From Mobula hypostoma (lineage: Eukaryota): DNA of 64,000 bases. A model generated the notes under the pieces. The model had not been told where the DNA came from. It worked only from the letters and a program-made list of their open reading frames with translations, and ran no database searches. The stretch spans positions 19,406,001-19,470,000 of the forward strand of contig NC_086108.1 of NCBI RefSeq assembly GCF_963921235.1, in the 5' to 3' direction. Position numbers and translations under genes: made by a program. Positions 1-12,289 of this stretch are shown one piece after another; position 1 is the first letter of the stretch, and each line of letters begins with the position of its first letter.

Positions 1-978
1 ACAGCATGTACCCAACAGTATTTATGTCTGGTAAATGGAATCTGAATTGTACTTTTTCTACTCACTTCTGTTACAAATAGGAGCAAAGACATGACTTCGG
101 ACCACAATTTTCAGTTTGGTGATAAAATGATAGATATTGCAAGTTGTTCATTAGAAAACACACAATTTCCTTTCAGACAGTCCTTTAGCTTAACAATGAA
201 TTAGATTCACTGCTGTATTCTGAGTTCTCAGATGGTAATAAGACTAATGTCAGAACTACATCACAATGGGGTAGGTCACATTGTAGGCAGTGCACTCCTT
301 GTGCAGGGCAGCAGTGGCCTCACAATACACAGTCTTATGGTTCTTCAAGCCATGACAAAACCCTATCTTCAGTCAAGGGAGAGAAACTCCTGGGAGCCAC
401 CAGCAATGTCACATTCTCAGGATGGCTTCACCTCCTCTGACTATTTACTGTGTCCCATACCCATTCCAGAAGAAAATCCAGACTGCATCAAGAATTCAAC
501 AGCATTTTTGATTAAAAGTAACCCTCATTTTGACAAAGTTGTAAGATCGAAGACTGTTAATACTAACCAACAGTATTTAGTTAGTAGTATGCCAATTGCT
601 TTGTTTTTACTGATTAAAAGCAAGCAGTATAAAGTCCTGTAGCAACAAAACTAGTCTTGGTTCAGTGAGAGGACGAGGAGTCAGTTTAACACTGTAACAG
701 TACTGAATTGCTGAGAAACATTCTGGAGAAATTGTTGGTAATTGAACCCTTCAGACTCATCGCTCATCTCTTTACTTCAGCATTCCCACAGAAGTCAAAA
801 ACATGCCTACTGCTGGATTTAAATGTAGCATCATTCAAGCTTTTGGCATCAGCCTCCTCTTTAGCCTCTGAAATTCAGAAGCAGCAATTCAGATTATCCT
901 CGTTTTAAAGTCAAGTTATCTGCACACCAACATCTGCCTAAACACTGTGGCAGAGTTGTGAAAGAGGACATTTATATA

Positions 979-1281
979 GGCATCTGTTAGTCTCGTGAGA
1001 CCATGGATTTGCGCCTTGGAAGGTTTCCAGGGCGCAGGCCTGGGCAAGGTTGTATGGAAGACCAGCAGTTACCCACGCTGCAAGTCTCCCCTCTCCACGC
1101 CACCGATGTTGTCCAAGGGAAGGGCATTAGGACCCATACAACTTGGCACCAGTGTCATTGCAGAGCAATGTGTGGTTAAGTGCCTTGCTCAAGGACCCAA
1201 CACGATACCTCAGCCAAGGCTCAAACTAGCGACCTTCAGATCACTAGATGAATGCCTTAACCACTTGGCCACACGCCAACA
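979..1281 (-). mobile_element. tRNA-derived CORE-type SINE with RTE-like tail (copy 1)
   Basis: Reverse-complement match to 62357-62664. A-box TGGCCAAGTGG, CORE-like GTCCTTGAGCAAGGCACTTAA. Imperfect flanking repeat aagagga(c/g)att. Confidence 0.8.
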
Positions 1282-1701
1282 CTAAGAGGAGATTACAGTC
1301 TGGTTAGGGGTAGAATCAACCACTGAAGCTGGCAGAGCATCACATCCCACCCAATGGCAGTGACTCTTGCCTGCTATCATATACTAAAAAAAAAGCAATA
1401 ATACAAGTCTTTTAGAAGTTGGAAGAATATCTGCTAAATAGCAGTTCCAAAATTCTTAATATAATAATAATCCTGTGTATGCAACAGTGAGACACATTTC
1501 ACAAGAACAAAAAGAAAATTAAACTCAGGCAATTCCATGAAAGGAGAAAATAAAACATTCCAAGAAACAAATACAGGAGTGGCTTGAATTCTCCGCAATA
1601 ATCTCCACAATCAAAAACACATTATGGAAAAAGACACTTCGTCAAAATGTTGAAGGACAAAATGTGTTCGAATTGATGCAAAATTACAGAGAATCAGGAT
1701 C

Positions 1702-2526
1702 CGGTGGATTTCAGTTAACTAGGGCAACCAATTATTTGGGACAACTTAAAAGGACAAAAACTAAATAAAGAAAACAGCTGGCATTCCCTCGTTTATTTGG
1801 GATACTATGCCCCTTAATAGGGACAGGAGGCTGCAGCCTAACAGTTTCTAACTTGTGTCAATAATGTGACCTTGCGTAGCCATTAGACACTACACTGTGC
1901 TCAGAGTGAACTTTTTAAATACCATTAGTTGCATGTGTTTCTGTTCAAAAAAGTGATTTTTGCCACTGATAGTTAGCGAGAAATAAACTGGAAGACAATT
2001 TTAAACTGCTTTGCTCACTGCGGTTTCAAGCATTCTGGCTTGGAGACGTCAGAAACAGCCATAAGTGAAAGCGAATCGATTTCACGACCTCAACAAATTA
2101 GGAACCACAATGAATTTGAAGGTATGAACAATCATCATCTTCAGTGTTACAATGGAAATGAAAATTTGGAGGATGCAATCATCGAAAGCAATCTATGGAG
2201 GCAGACCATTATCTGTAGATGGTGTCTGCACTGATTTTGTTCATTTACAGTCTATCAAAAGAACACGGCAGCGTGCACTGAGTGATTCCTCCACCAGTAA
2301 CTATTGAGAACTATTATGCATTTTTAGTATCGCAGCAGTATTGATAGTTTTAACTTGTTCTGTACTTCATTTAAATCCATTATTTATTACTCAGTTAAAT
2401 CATAGCTTTTCTTTTTTTTAAATATATTTTTAACTATTTCCACGAAACTTTGGCTAATTGATGCAGTTGGTGAGTTAAGCCAAAATGTAGTGATCCGAAT
2501 GTGTCCCAATTAACCAGAAGCTACTG
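1702..2526 (+). mobile_element. Decayed Tigger/pogo-like DNA transposon derivative
   Basis: The right end ...tgtcccaattaaccagaagctactg|ta is an imperfect inverted match to the left end. Residual KTILNCFAHCGFK near 1992-2030 resembles the pogo/Tigger DDE C-terminal motif TIxNCFxxxGF. Confidence 0.65.
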
Positions 2527-2599
2527 TATTTGGAAAAAAGCATTATCGTTTATCCTCCATTACCAGTACTTGTTATCCTACCCTTAAATTTTGGTTTGC

Positions 2600-3100
2600 G
2601 TGTACCAGCCCAACCACTTATTCTGGCAGTTTACATTCTCACCATCTTCTGCATGAAAATGTTGCCCTTCTCACCCTAAATCTAAGTCCACAAGCTTAGG
2701 TTCCTCTACCTCGGGAAAAAGATTTGTTTCTGCCTCTCACAATTTTAAAGACTTCTATGAAGCCACCCCTCAGTCACCTACGTTACAAGGAATTAACACC
2801 TAGCCTGGCCAACCTCTCCCCATAATACCCTCATTCTTTCAGCACTCTTTCCAGTTTAGCCTAGTCTTTTCTCTGACAGGGTGACCAAAACTATAGATAG
2901 AACTCCAAGTACAGCCTCAACAACAACTTGTACACTACAACAAACATCTGATCCCCTATAGTCAATGCTCTGACTGATGCCGAAGGCCATTATCCTAAAC
3001 ACCTTTGGCATCACCTTGCCTACCTGTGGCACCATTTTCAACAAAATATGCAGTTGTATTCCAGTTCTTCTGTTCCATTACGCTGCCTGGTCCCTGATGA
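2600..3100 (-). mobile_element. Degraded CR1 LINE 3' fragment
   Basis: Similar in reverse orientation to the RT C-terminal region of the better-preserved CR1 copies (e.g. 49750-50250). Confidence 0.65.
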
Positions 3101-3112
3101 CACACACTATGA

Positions 3113-4625
3113 ACCCACAAAATGCTGGAGGAACTCAGCAGGCCAGGCAGCACCTGTGGAAGAGTACAGTCGATGTTGTTTCGGGCCAAGACCCCTCAGA
3201 AGGACTGAAGAAAAAAAAAAGATGAGGAGCAGATTTCAAAGGTAGGGGGAGGAAAGGGAGAAACACAAGGTGACAGGTGAAACCAGGAGGAGGAGGGGTG
3301 AAGTGAAGAGCTGGTATGTTGATTGGTGAAAGAATCAGGGCTGGAGAAGGGGAAAATCTAATAGGAGAGGATAAAAGGTCATGGAAGAATGAAAAGGGGC
3401 GAGGAGCAGCAAAGAAGGCAATGGGCAATGAGATAAGATGAGAGAGGGAAAAGGGGATGGGAAATGGTGAGGGTGGGGGGGGGTGGGGGTAGAATTGCCA
3501 GAAGTTTGAGAAATCAATATTCATGCCATCAGGTTGGAGGCTACGCAAATGGAACATAAGGAATTGTCCCTCCAACCTAAGTGTGGCCTCATATGGCCTC
3601 TTCTACTGTCATGATGAGGCCACACTCAGGTTGGAAGAGCAACATTCCCACTTTCCATTCCACTTCCAATATGTCAATATATGGCCTCCTCCACTGTCAT
3701 GATATTGACATATTGGAATGGGAATGGGAAGTGGAATTAAAATGGGAGGCCACGGAGAAATCCTGCTTTTTCTGGCAGATGGAGTGTAGGTGCTTGGTGA
3801 AGTGGTCTCCCAATCTACATCGGGTCTCACTGATATACAGGAGGGAACACTGGGAACACCAGTCACAGTTTATGACCCCAAAAGACTCACAGGTGAAGTG
3901 TCACCTCACCTGGAAGGACTGTTTAGGTCCCTGAATGGTAGTGGAGGAAGTGGTGTGGGCACTTGCTCCACTTTTGCAAGGATATGTGCAAGGAGGGAGA
4001 TCAGTGGGGAGGGACAAAAGGACATGGGTCAAGTAGGGAGTGATCCCTGTGTAAAGTAGAAAGTGGTGGGGGGGGATGGTGGTGGGGGGGCAGGAAAGAT
4101 CTGCTTGGTGGTGGGATCCGTTGGAGATGACAGAAGTTACGGAGAATTATGTGCTAGGCGTGGCTGGTGGGGTGCTAGATGAGGACAAGAGGAACCCTAT
4201 CCCCAGTAGGGTAGCGGGAGGATGGGGTGAGAGCAGACATACATAAAATGGAAGAGATGCGGTTGAGGACAGTGTTGATGGTGGAGGAAAGGAAGCCCCT
4301 TTCTTTGAAGAAGGAAGACATCTCCTTCATTCGAGAATGAAAAGCCTTATCCTGAGAGCAGATGCGGCGGAGACAGAGGAATTGAGATAAGGGGATGGCA
4401 TTTTTACAGGTAACAGGGTGGGAGGAGGTATAGTCCAGGTAACCGTGAGAGTCCGTGAGTTTATAATAGACATCAGCAGATAAGCTGTCTCCAGAGACAG
4501 AGACAGGGAGACCAAGAAAGTGGTGTTGGAAATGGATCAGGTAAATTTGAGGGCAGGCTGGAAGTAGAAGCCAAGTGGATGAAGTCGACGCACTCCACAT
4601 GGGTGTAGGAAGCAGCACCAATGCA
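3113..4625 (-). mobile_element. Penelope-like element (PLE) 3' fragment
   Basis: ORF 4175-4621 (VYYKLTDSHGYLDYTSSHP...IPLSQFLCLRRICS...FFKERGF) is typical of the PLE RT C-terminus. GIY-YIG-region remnants follow. The terminus at ~3113-3206 has a degenerate hammerhead-like motif. Confidence 0.85.
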
Positions 4626-5004
4626 GACGATGTACAATAAAATGTACACTATTTGACTTTCCAAAATACATCTGTACCAAAATCCTTTTGCCACTCTTCT
4701 GCTCATTTCCCTAAATGATCAAGATCCTCCAAGTAATATATGATAAATTTCTGTGCTAACAATTTAGTGATCAAGTCTTGTGCATTCACATCCATGATCT
4801 ATATAAATCACCAATACAAGGGTCCAAACACTGACTCCTGTGACACACCACTTGTTTCCAATTCCTTTCCAAGAAACAACCTGTAACCATCACCCTTTGC
4901 TTCCTCCCTCTGAGCTGATTTTAAATCCATCTAACCAAATCTCCCAAGATTCACTGGGACCCAATCTTCCAAACAAGCCCGCCATGCAGCAATCTGAAGG
5001 CCCT

Positions 5005-6005
5005 GGTCAACGACACCACTATTGTTGGTCAAATCAAAGGTGGTATAAAAACAACCTCTCACTCTGTATCAGCAAGACCAAGGAGATGACAATGACTTCA
5101 GGGGGAGGAGACCAGAGGTCCATGACCTTCTACATATCAGGAGATCTGAGATGGAGAAGGTCAGCAACTTTAAATTCCTCAGTGTTATCAATTCAGAGGA
5201 CCTGCCCTGGTCCCAGCACACAAGTGCAACTACAAAGACAGTGCCTCTACTTTCTTAGGCTGTGAAGATTCTGCATACAACCTAAGACTTTGACAAACTT
5301 ATATAGATGTGTGGTGGAGAGTATATTGACTATTGCATGATACAGAAACATCAATGCCCTTGTACAGAAAAGCCGACAAAAAGTAGTGGATATGACCCAC
5401 TACTTTACATCACACGTAAAGCCCTCCCCACCGCTGAACACATCTACATGGAGCAATGCCCCAGGAAAGCAGCATCCATCATCGAAGACCCCCACCATCC
5501 AGGCCATGTTCACTTCTCAAAGTTGCTGGTGAATGCAGCTGGCCAGGCAGCATCTCTAGGAAGAGGTATAGTCGACGATTCAGGTCGAGACCCTTCTCAG
5601 CCTGAAACGTCGACTGTACCTCTTCCTAGAGATGCTGCCTGGCCTGCTGCGTTCACCAGCAACTTTGATGTCTGTTGCTTGAATTTCCAGCATCTGCAGA
5701 ATTCCTGTTGTTTGCGTTATACCCACAATCAATGGACTCACTTTCAAGGACTCTTCATCTCATGTTCTCAAAATTATTGCTTATATATTTATTATTTCTT
5801 TTTCTTTCTTTTTGTATTTGCAGTTTGTTGGTGTTTTTTTTAAGTTTTTTTTGCACACTGGTTGTTTGCCCGTCCTGTTGGTCGTGGTCTTTCACTGATT
5901 CTGTTGCATTTCTTTCATTTACTATGATGGCGCACAAGAGAAAGAATCTCAGGGTTGTACATGGTGACATACGTACTTTAATAATATATTTACTTTGAAC
6001 TTTGA
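5005..6005 (+). mobile_element. Rex1/Babar-type LINE 3' fragment interrupted by a fold-back PLE insertion
   Basis: SKTKEM..., FKFL-like and KAASIIEDPHHPGH motifs; ...tttactttgaactttga tail; collinear with 56683-57190. Confidence 0.75.
5517..5718. mobile_element. Fold-back mini-PLE (inverted pLTR termini)
   Basis: Left arm aagttgctggtgaatgcagctggccaggcagcatctctaggaagagg... is the reverse complement of the right arm ...cctcttcctagagatgctgcctggcctgctgcgttcaccagcaactt. The right arm runs on to the terminal gaattcctgttgtttgcgtt. Confidence 0.85.
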
Positions 6006-6201
6006 CGATCCAGTGCCCTACCCTCATCTACCCTTTTAATTTCTTCAAAGAACTAAAAGATTCGTCAAGCACAACTTTCCATATCAAGCAATTCCAGTTA
6101 AGAAATTTACAGCCTTACTAAAGAAAATTTTATTTTGGCCTAAACACGAACACATTGCATCACAGCACATCTATGGGGGAAAAAAAAAACATGGACTAAT
6201 A

Positions 6202-6975
6202 CAGGGGTCCCCAAGCTTCTTTGCACCGCGGACTGGTTTAATATTGACAATATTCTTGCGGACCGGCTGACCAAGGGGTGGTACTTAAGTTGGGTTAAAC
6301 TCACCTCAACGTGTCTTTTACAGTTAGGGTTGCCAACTTTCTCACTCCCAAATAAGGGACAAAAGTAGCAGTCAAATCCCAGGACACTTTACCCCAGGGA
6401 AGACTACCATGACCATGAAGCCTTCCGCGGGCACCTGTGTGTGCATGTGTGATGTGCAGATGTGCCGATTTTTTCCCCCCACAAATTGGTTTTGCCTTCA
6501 TCTTCCCAACTACACTGTACATACATTATTTCTACTTTATATTGGATGTGTATTTATCATATCCTTCCTGCTTTTACTATATGTTAGTGTTATTTATTTT
6601 CGGTGTTATGTGTTATTTGGTATGATTTGTTAGGTTATTTTTTGGGTCTGGGAACGCTCAAAAATTTTTCCTATATAAATTAATGGTAATTGCTTCTTCG
6701 CTTGACGCCATTTCGGCACGGAAGGTTTCATAGGAACGCTCTACCTTAGTGGGGGAAATACGAGACAAGGGCTGTCCCCTATGGGATAAACCAATTTAGC
6801 CCAATATACGGGATGTCCCGGCAAATACAAGACAGTTGGCAACCCTATGTTCAAGTTCAACAGTGCGTGACAGGGAAAGAGGAAAGATGCAGCTGACTCA
6901 TATCGTTTCCTCACAGCCCGGTAGCACGCTTTGCGGCCCGGTACTGGTCCGCGGACCAGTGGCTGGGGACCGCTG
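6202..6975. mobile_element. Non-autonomous hAT (Charlie-like) element, composite
   Basis: TIRs caggggtcccca / tggggaccgctg. Perfect 8-bp TSD gactaata at 6194-6201 and 6976-6983. Confidence 0.9.
6325..6847. mobile_element. Inner TIR element (TAGGGTTGCCA-type, hAT-like) containing a Tigger end fragment
   Basis: Perfect 14-bp TIR tagggttgccaact / agttggcaacccta. Internal ~6510-6755 is the reverse complement of the end of the Tigger-like element at 45508-47404. Confidence 0.8.
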
Positions 6976-7829
6976 GACTAATAGGATCATTCTGAGACCT
7001 GGCCCCGCCATGCACAGATCAAAATGGGGAACAAAATATATTTATTCACAACTGTGGCTCATCTCAACACATGTAAAATTCTAAAGCCAAAGCAATGTGC
7101 ACAATGATAGGTTACCAACATCAAGTAATTTGAATCCATCATAAGGAGCAACCTCATCCTTTACAAAAACACATTTAGCCCAAAAGTACCAAGATGGAAT
7201 AAATACGACACAGCAATTACTTTGCCCCATTGGAGAATCTGCTGAGCTTACTTAATGTTTGAATGGATTCATTTAGAAATCTACAGCTTGAAAGTATCAT
7301 TATATTGATTAGATTGTTAAGAATGTGCTGGATGATTAATATTTGTAATGAGGAATAAAGACAGCTGAATATAAACATGCAATTAAAAACATATTCTGAT
7401 AGGTTAATAAATATTAAACTACATTAGACAATGAAATTAAAACAGAAAAGCCAGAAAAGCAAAGAAATTTTTTCTGAACATTTGTAGAAGTCGCAGTGTT
7501 ATCCCCTACTTTGTAAAGCTCAAGACAGCTGCAATCAATTAACAGTGACCGTGTTCATAAAGCAGTCCGCTTGGGCAATGAGTAACAATTGCTGCATTCC
7601 ACTACCATTTATTGAATACTGTAGAGCCCATCTCAACTTCCTCATACATTTCACTTCCAGCACTACTTGTGACTGCTGTCAACACCATCAGGAGGGAACA
7701 CTCCAAAGAAACAACTTACAATCAGCTTTCACAACATGACCTCTCTGTGCATTCATTCAGAAGCTCTGTACACAAGTCAAGCTTTCATGAAATACAGTTA
7801 CAAAAGGATTTGAATTCAGATACAAATCT

Positions 7830-9770
7830 GACAAATTGTTCTCGTGCTGAAGGATCTCCATGTCACAATCTGCAATCAGCCCCAATCAACCTCATTGTTG
7901 CTGGTGACTTCAATCATAACTTTAAAATAGTCCTACCAGAGTTCTACTGGCATGTCAGCTTCACAACCAGAGGAGAGAGTAGACATAGACTATACTGACA
8001 ATCATGCAGCCTACAAGGTTTGACGAATCAGACCACAGATCCATTTTGTTAACCCCTGCATATAGACCACTGATTAAGTGAGTTAGGCAAGTTCACAGGG
8101 AGATCAGAACCTGGCCACAAGGTGCCACCTCAGCACTGCGGGACTGATTTGAAAGTAGGGACCGGTGAATATTCAGGGAGGGGCCACCTATGAACATCAT
8201 ATCAACATTGATAATTACAAGGCATCAGTGAATGAGGAAAATGCACCAAGGACATTATTGTGATCAGCCGGCCAGTGGTGTAGTGGTATCCACGCTGAAC
8301 TTCAAGATGAGTAGTTCCAGGTTGACATCCGGCTGGTTCCTTACATGCTTTTCATCCACACTGAATTGAATGTCGAGCCAGCAGCCCGGCCTCATAAAAA
8401 AAAACGACAAATGCTAAAGAAATGCAAGGTTGCTGCCTGATGCGCCACAAGGCAGGAAGATGATCAACCTTACTGTGATAAAATACCAGACTGCCACAGC
8501 AACCAGAAACAGGACCTAAACACTAAGTGCTTAAGCTGTTGGTAACGGATCTTATTAAATCTCACTTTCCAGCCAAATTCTCAAACCAGCCCAATGATGA
8601 TGTCATTGCCTTGGCCCTCCCCTCCAACCAGTCCCACCTAGAAAACAATACCTCATAGACCAGCATGTAGTTTATCGATTTCAGCTTGGCATCTGATAGT
8701 GATCATCCTTCACAGGATACTGGGTAAACTGTCCTCATTGGGACTCAACACCCCTTTCTGTAACTGGATCTTGGACTTCTTGATGGAAAGACCTCAGTCA
8801 GTCAGAGTTGGTAGCTACATCCCAAGCTCCATCACACTAGGCACTGGTCCCCACTCCCCCCACGAAACGGTTATGTACTCAGCCTGCTGCTGACTCACGA
8901 CTGCACTGCCAGATCCAGCTCAAACCGCATCATCAAGTTTGCTGATGATACAACAAAGGTTGGCCTCAGCAACAATGATGAGTCAGGATACAAGGAGGAA
9001 GCAGAGAGGCTTATCAAATGGTGCGAAAGCAACAACCCAAGTCTCAATTCGGGCAACAGAGATGATTACAGACTTGAGAAAAGCACAGATCGACTACTGT
9101 CCATTGCACATCAACAGCTCAGCCATGGAGAGTGAAGAGCACTAAGTTCCTTGCTGTGCACGTAACAGACGATCTAATCTGGACCAACAACACCTCATCA
9201 GTCAAGGCGGCAAAGCAGCATCTACACTTTGAGAAGACTGAGACGTGCGAGGCTCCCTGTGCCATTCTAACAACTTTCTACAGGAGTAGATATTCGAATA
9301 TTCTATCTGGATGCATCATAGCATGGTGTGGAAGCTGCAAGGCATCAGACCACAAGATCTTACAGGCAAACACCACCAAGAGCACAACAGGGGGTCTCCC
9401 TCCTCCCCTTATTTGTGCATTTTACTAGGACAATTGTATAGCAAGGGCACAACGCACAATCCCACAATCTCTTTAACCCACTGACATCAGGAAGGAATTT
9501 CAGGAGCATCAGGACTAGGACTGCCCACCTTCGTAACAACTTCTTCCCTCAGGCTGAGACTTACAAATGAGGTCTCATCACAAGATCAGCAAGCTGTTAA
9601 CCTTTGCTGTGCACTTCACATACATTTTGAATTATATTTTCATGATGTACGTGTAGTAATTTTACATGCTGTGTGTGAATTATGCATTGTAGGTGCACTG
9701 TGGTCCACAGAAACTTTGTGTCATTTAGTTGTATATATGTACAGTCAGATAACATTAAACTTGAACTTGA
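7830..9770 (+). mobile_element. Degraded Rex1/Babar-type LINE (EN and RT remnants) with a nested tRNA SINE at ~8267-8468
   Basis: [33 protein letters not shown]-like and KFLAVHVTDDLIWT motifs; tail attaaacttgaacttga. Confidence 0.8.
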
Positions 9771-10767
9771 GATACTGCTAGAGCACATACTCAGAATATA
9801 TTAAGTGATTACAAATACTTTTCTGTTTCTGTGTTTGAAAACAGGGCAGTTAACTTGCACACAGCAGCGCCTCTCAGAAATCAGGTGAAGATATGATGCC
9901 CAGTTTTAGACTCCGTGTTCTCATTGGTTGACCAGCTCATTTGCACTTTAAGTCCAACACTTTCAAAAAATGGCCATGATCCAAGTGACAGTTACTGCAG
10001 CCACCCTCTCCTCTGTCTTTGACTGCACATTTCATAGAGCTGGCGGAGGCAAACGGTGATAGATTGTTCACTGGCATGTCCACCTCTCCCCAGCCTAAAC
10101 ATTACATTACCAAAGTCTCTGACGCCCACAAGGCAGACACTAGGACTGGAATGAGCTACTTCCCGTTTCCCATCTCAGTTATCAGGGATTCCAAAGGGAG
10201 CACATCAGGCCTCTACTTTCTCAGCTTCCTGTGATCACACAGTCATGAACTTTCCAAACACCATGCCAAAACAGACTAAAAAAAGTATCGTTCTCACTTT
10301 CTGGGCCCACAAGAATATGCAGAGTATTCCAAAAATAGCCCATTTTCACTTGGGAACAGGACTTGCTGCATGGGAAGTTATAATTACACAGACTATAACC
10401 ACTCAAGTTATGGTCTTTGTCAAAATCACATGGTTAACATTTTTTTTATATTAATTAAGCTCAGAAATGTAACCCTTCACATGCTGAACATTCCTCCATA
10501 TTTTACACTACCCTTAATTCAGAAGGGATTGGTGCACACATCCTTCTCCACAATCAGACAGATCTACATGAGGCGTTGCCTCAGGAGAGCAACATCTATC
10601 AAAGATCCCCATTATCTTGGCCAGCTACCATCAGGAAGGAAATGCAGAAGCCTGAAGTCCCCCACCACCAGGTCCAAGAACTGCCATTTCTCTTCAACCG
10701 TTCAGTTCTTGAACCACCCAGCACAACCCCAATCACTGCAGTATAGCAATACTATAACCACTGATTA

Positions 10768-11218
10768 TGGTATTCTGCAAATCTAATGCAGTGCCTTTTC
10801 ACTGGCGACACACAGAAACTGAACTCCTTTTGGACTCAGGCTGAACTGCAGAGGACAGGCAGAAGTTCTGGCCCCTACACATGTAGCACACCCTGGTGCT
10901 CATGAACCAGATCCCCCAACTGTAGGTAAATAGCCCCACTGCCTTGTGGGTAGCCTCAGGAGAGACGAAGGCAATGGGAGTAAACCCTGACAGCAAATCT
11001 GGAGTGGAACCCCTGAGGCGGCTGGACGTCATTGAACATCCTTCCTGCAGCTCCTGCAGCCAAGCTGGTGCCAAATGTATTGCTTTGTAAGCTTTCCTTT
11101 GGTGAGGCAGAGAGGGGGATCTTGATAACTGGGCATCTCAGGATCTCCATACCTTCCGCCCAGGCTTGTGTTGATCATCACCACCACCACCCACTGTCCT
11201 TCAAGACAGACGGATGGC
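10768..11218 (+). mobile_element. Short non-autonomous RTE-like retroelement inside a Rex-type tail
   Basis: Flanked by aaccactgatta / aatcactgatta (11/12). The 3' end ...cccaggcttgtg...gtccttcaagacagacggatggc resembles the tail of the CORE-type SINEs in this window. Confidence 0.6.
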
Positions 11219-11252
11219 AATCACTGATTACATCACACTACTATTAACTTTA

Positions 11253-11475
11253 ACAACAGGAATTCTGCAGATGCTGGAAATTCAAGCAACACACATCAAA
11301 GTTGCTGGTGAACGCAGCAGGCCAGGCAGCGTCTCTAGGAAGAGGTACAGTCGACGTTTCAGGCCGAGACCCTTCATCAAGTTCTGACAAAGGGTCTCAG
11401 CCTAAAACGTTGACTGTACCTCTTCCTAGAGATGCTGCCTGGCCTGCTGCATTCACCAGCAACTTTGATGTGTGT
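11253..11475. mobile_element. Fold-back mini-PLE with two degenerate hammerhead cores
   Basis: ~190-nt near-perfect palindrome centred near 11381. TSD tactattaacttta (11239-11252) / tactatgaacttta (11476-11489). Confidence 0.88.
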
Positions 11476-12289
11476 TACTATGAACTTTATCTTTTTTTGT
11501 TCTGATGATTCTGTTTCTTGTAAATATTTGTGCATAACTTATGTTTAATTTGTTTGTTCTTGTAAATGCTGCTTATCTGATGCTATTTCCCCATGATGCT
11601 GCTGTAATTTTTTCATTGCACCTGTGCATAAATGCACTTATGCAAAAGACAACTCCACTTTGAATTTGAGTACGTGTCTGTTTTGTGAGGGGGCGGGGGG
11701 GAGCAGAAGAAAGAGAAGACCCTTACAATTAATTTATTGACAACTATTCTTTGCAAAAGATTGTGTTGCTTCACATTGGCTGACATCACTTATCTTGGGA
11801 GTATGGTTAGCCTCACACGAGCAGATCTCCAGCGTTGTCTTCCAGCATACGATTTGCAGAGCTGGGTGCAATTTTATTCCATAAGAGTGCCAGTATCTCA
11901 CTCAGCCACCATGGGTCTCCTTACATCTGGGATTCACAAACTTTTTCATGCCATGGACCCCAACCATCAACCCAAGGAACCCCTGCCTTACATTGCCGGA
12001 AAATTTTGTGTTTAGCTGTTCAAGGGATTCTAGTGATATTCCCTTTGCAAGTTGCATTACTGAGTTAGACTCACAATGCTTTCAGCAGGAGTTAAAAAGA
12101 TGGAAATCTGAAGTAAAAACACCAAGTGTTGGTAACACTAGACAAAGTCAGTCAGCTTCTGAACAAAGAAACAGTTAAAATTTCATGTCAGATGTCAGAT
12201 AACCCTTATCAAAACAGTTTGCCAGTTCAGTATTTCAGACCACAAACCACCATGAAAGGATAACCTTGCTCCATCTGAAAGTTTATGTA

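Noticed and set aside
764..867. Possible terminal exon on the minus strand (AKEEADAKSLNDATFKSSSRHVFDFCGNAEVKR*)
   Set aside because: Weak pyrimidine tract, no similarity to the IMP3 C-terminus or to any protein I recognise.
10280..10320. Minus-strand HILVGPE resembling the next IMP3 exon (H[VI]RVGPE)
   Set aside because: No AG acceptor or U12 branch point before it, and the following residues (SENDTFF) do not match TDPAFLVTR.
11349..11415. Active hammerheads in the 11253-11475 palindrome
   Set aside because: Both cores are mutated (TTGATGA on the minus strand; CTGACAA with TAAAAC on the plus strand), and the arms would pair with each other.
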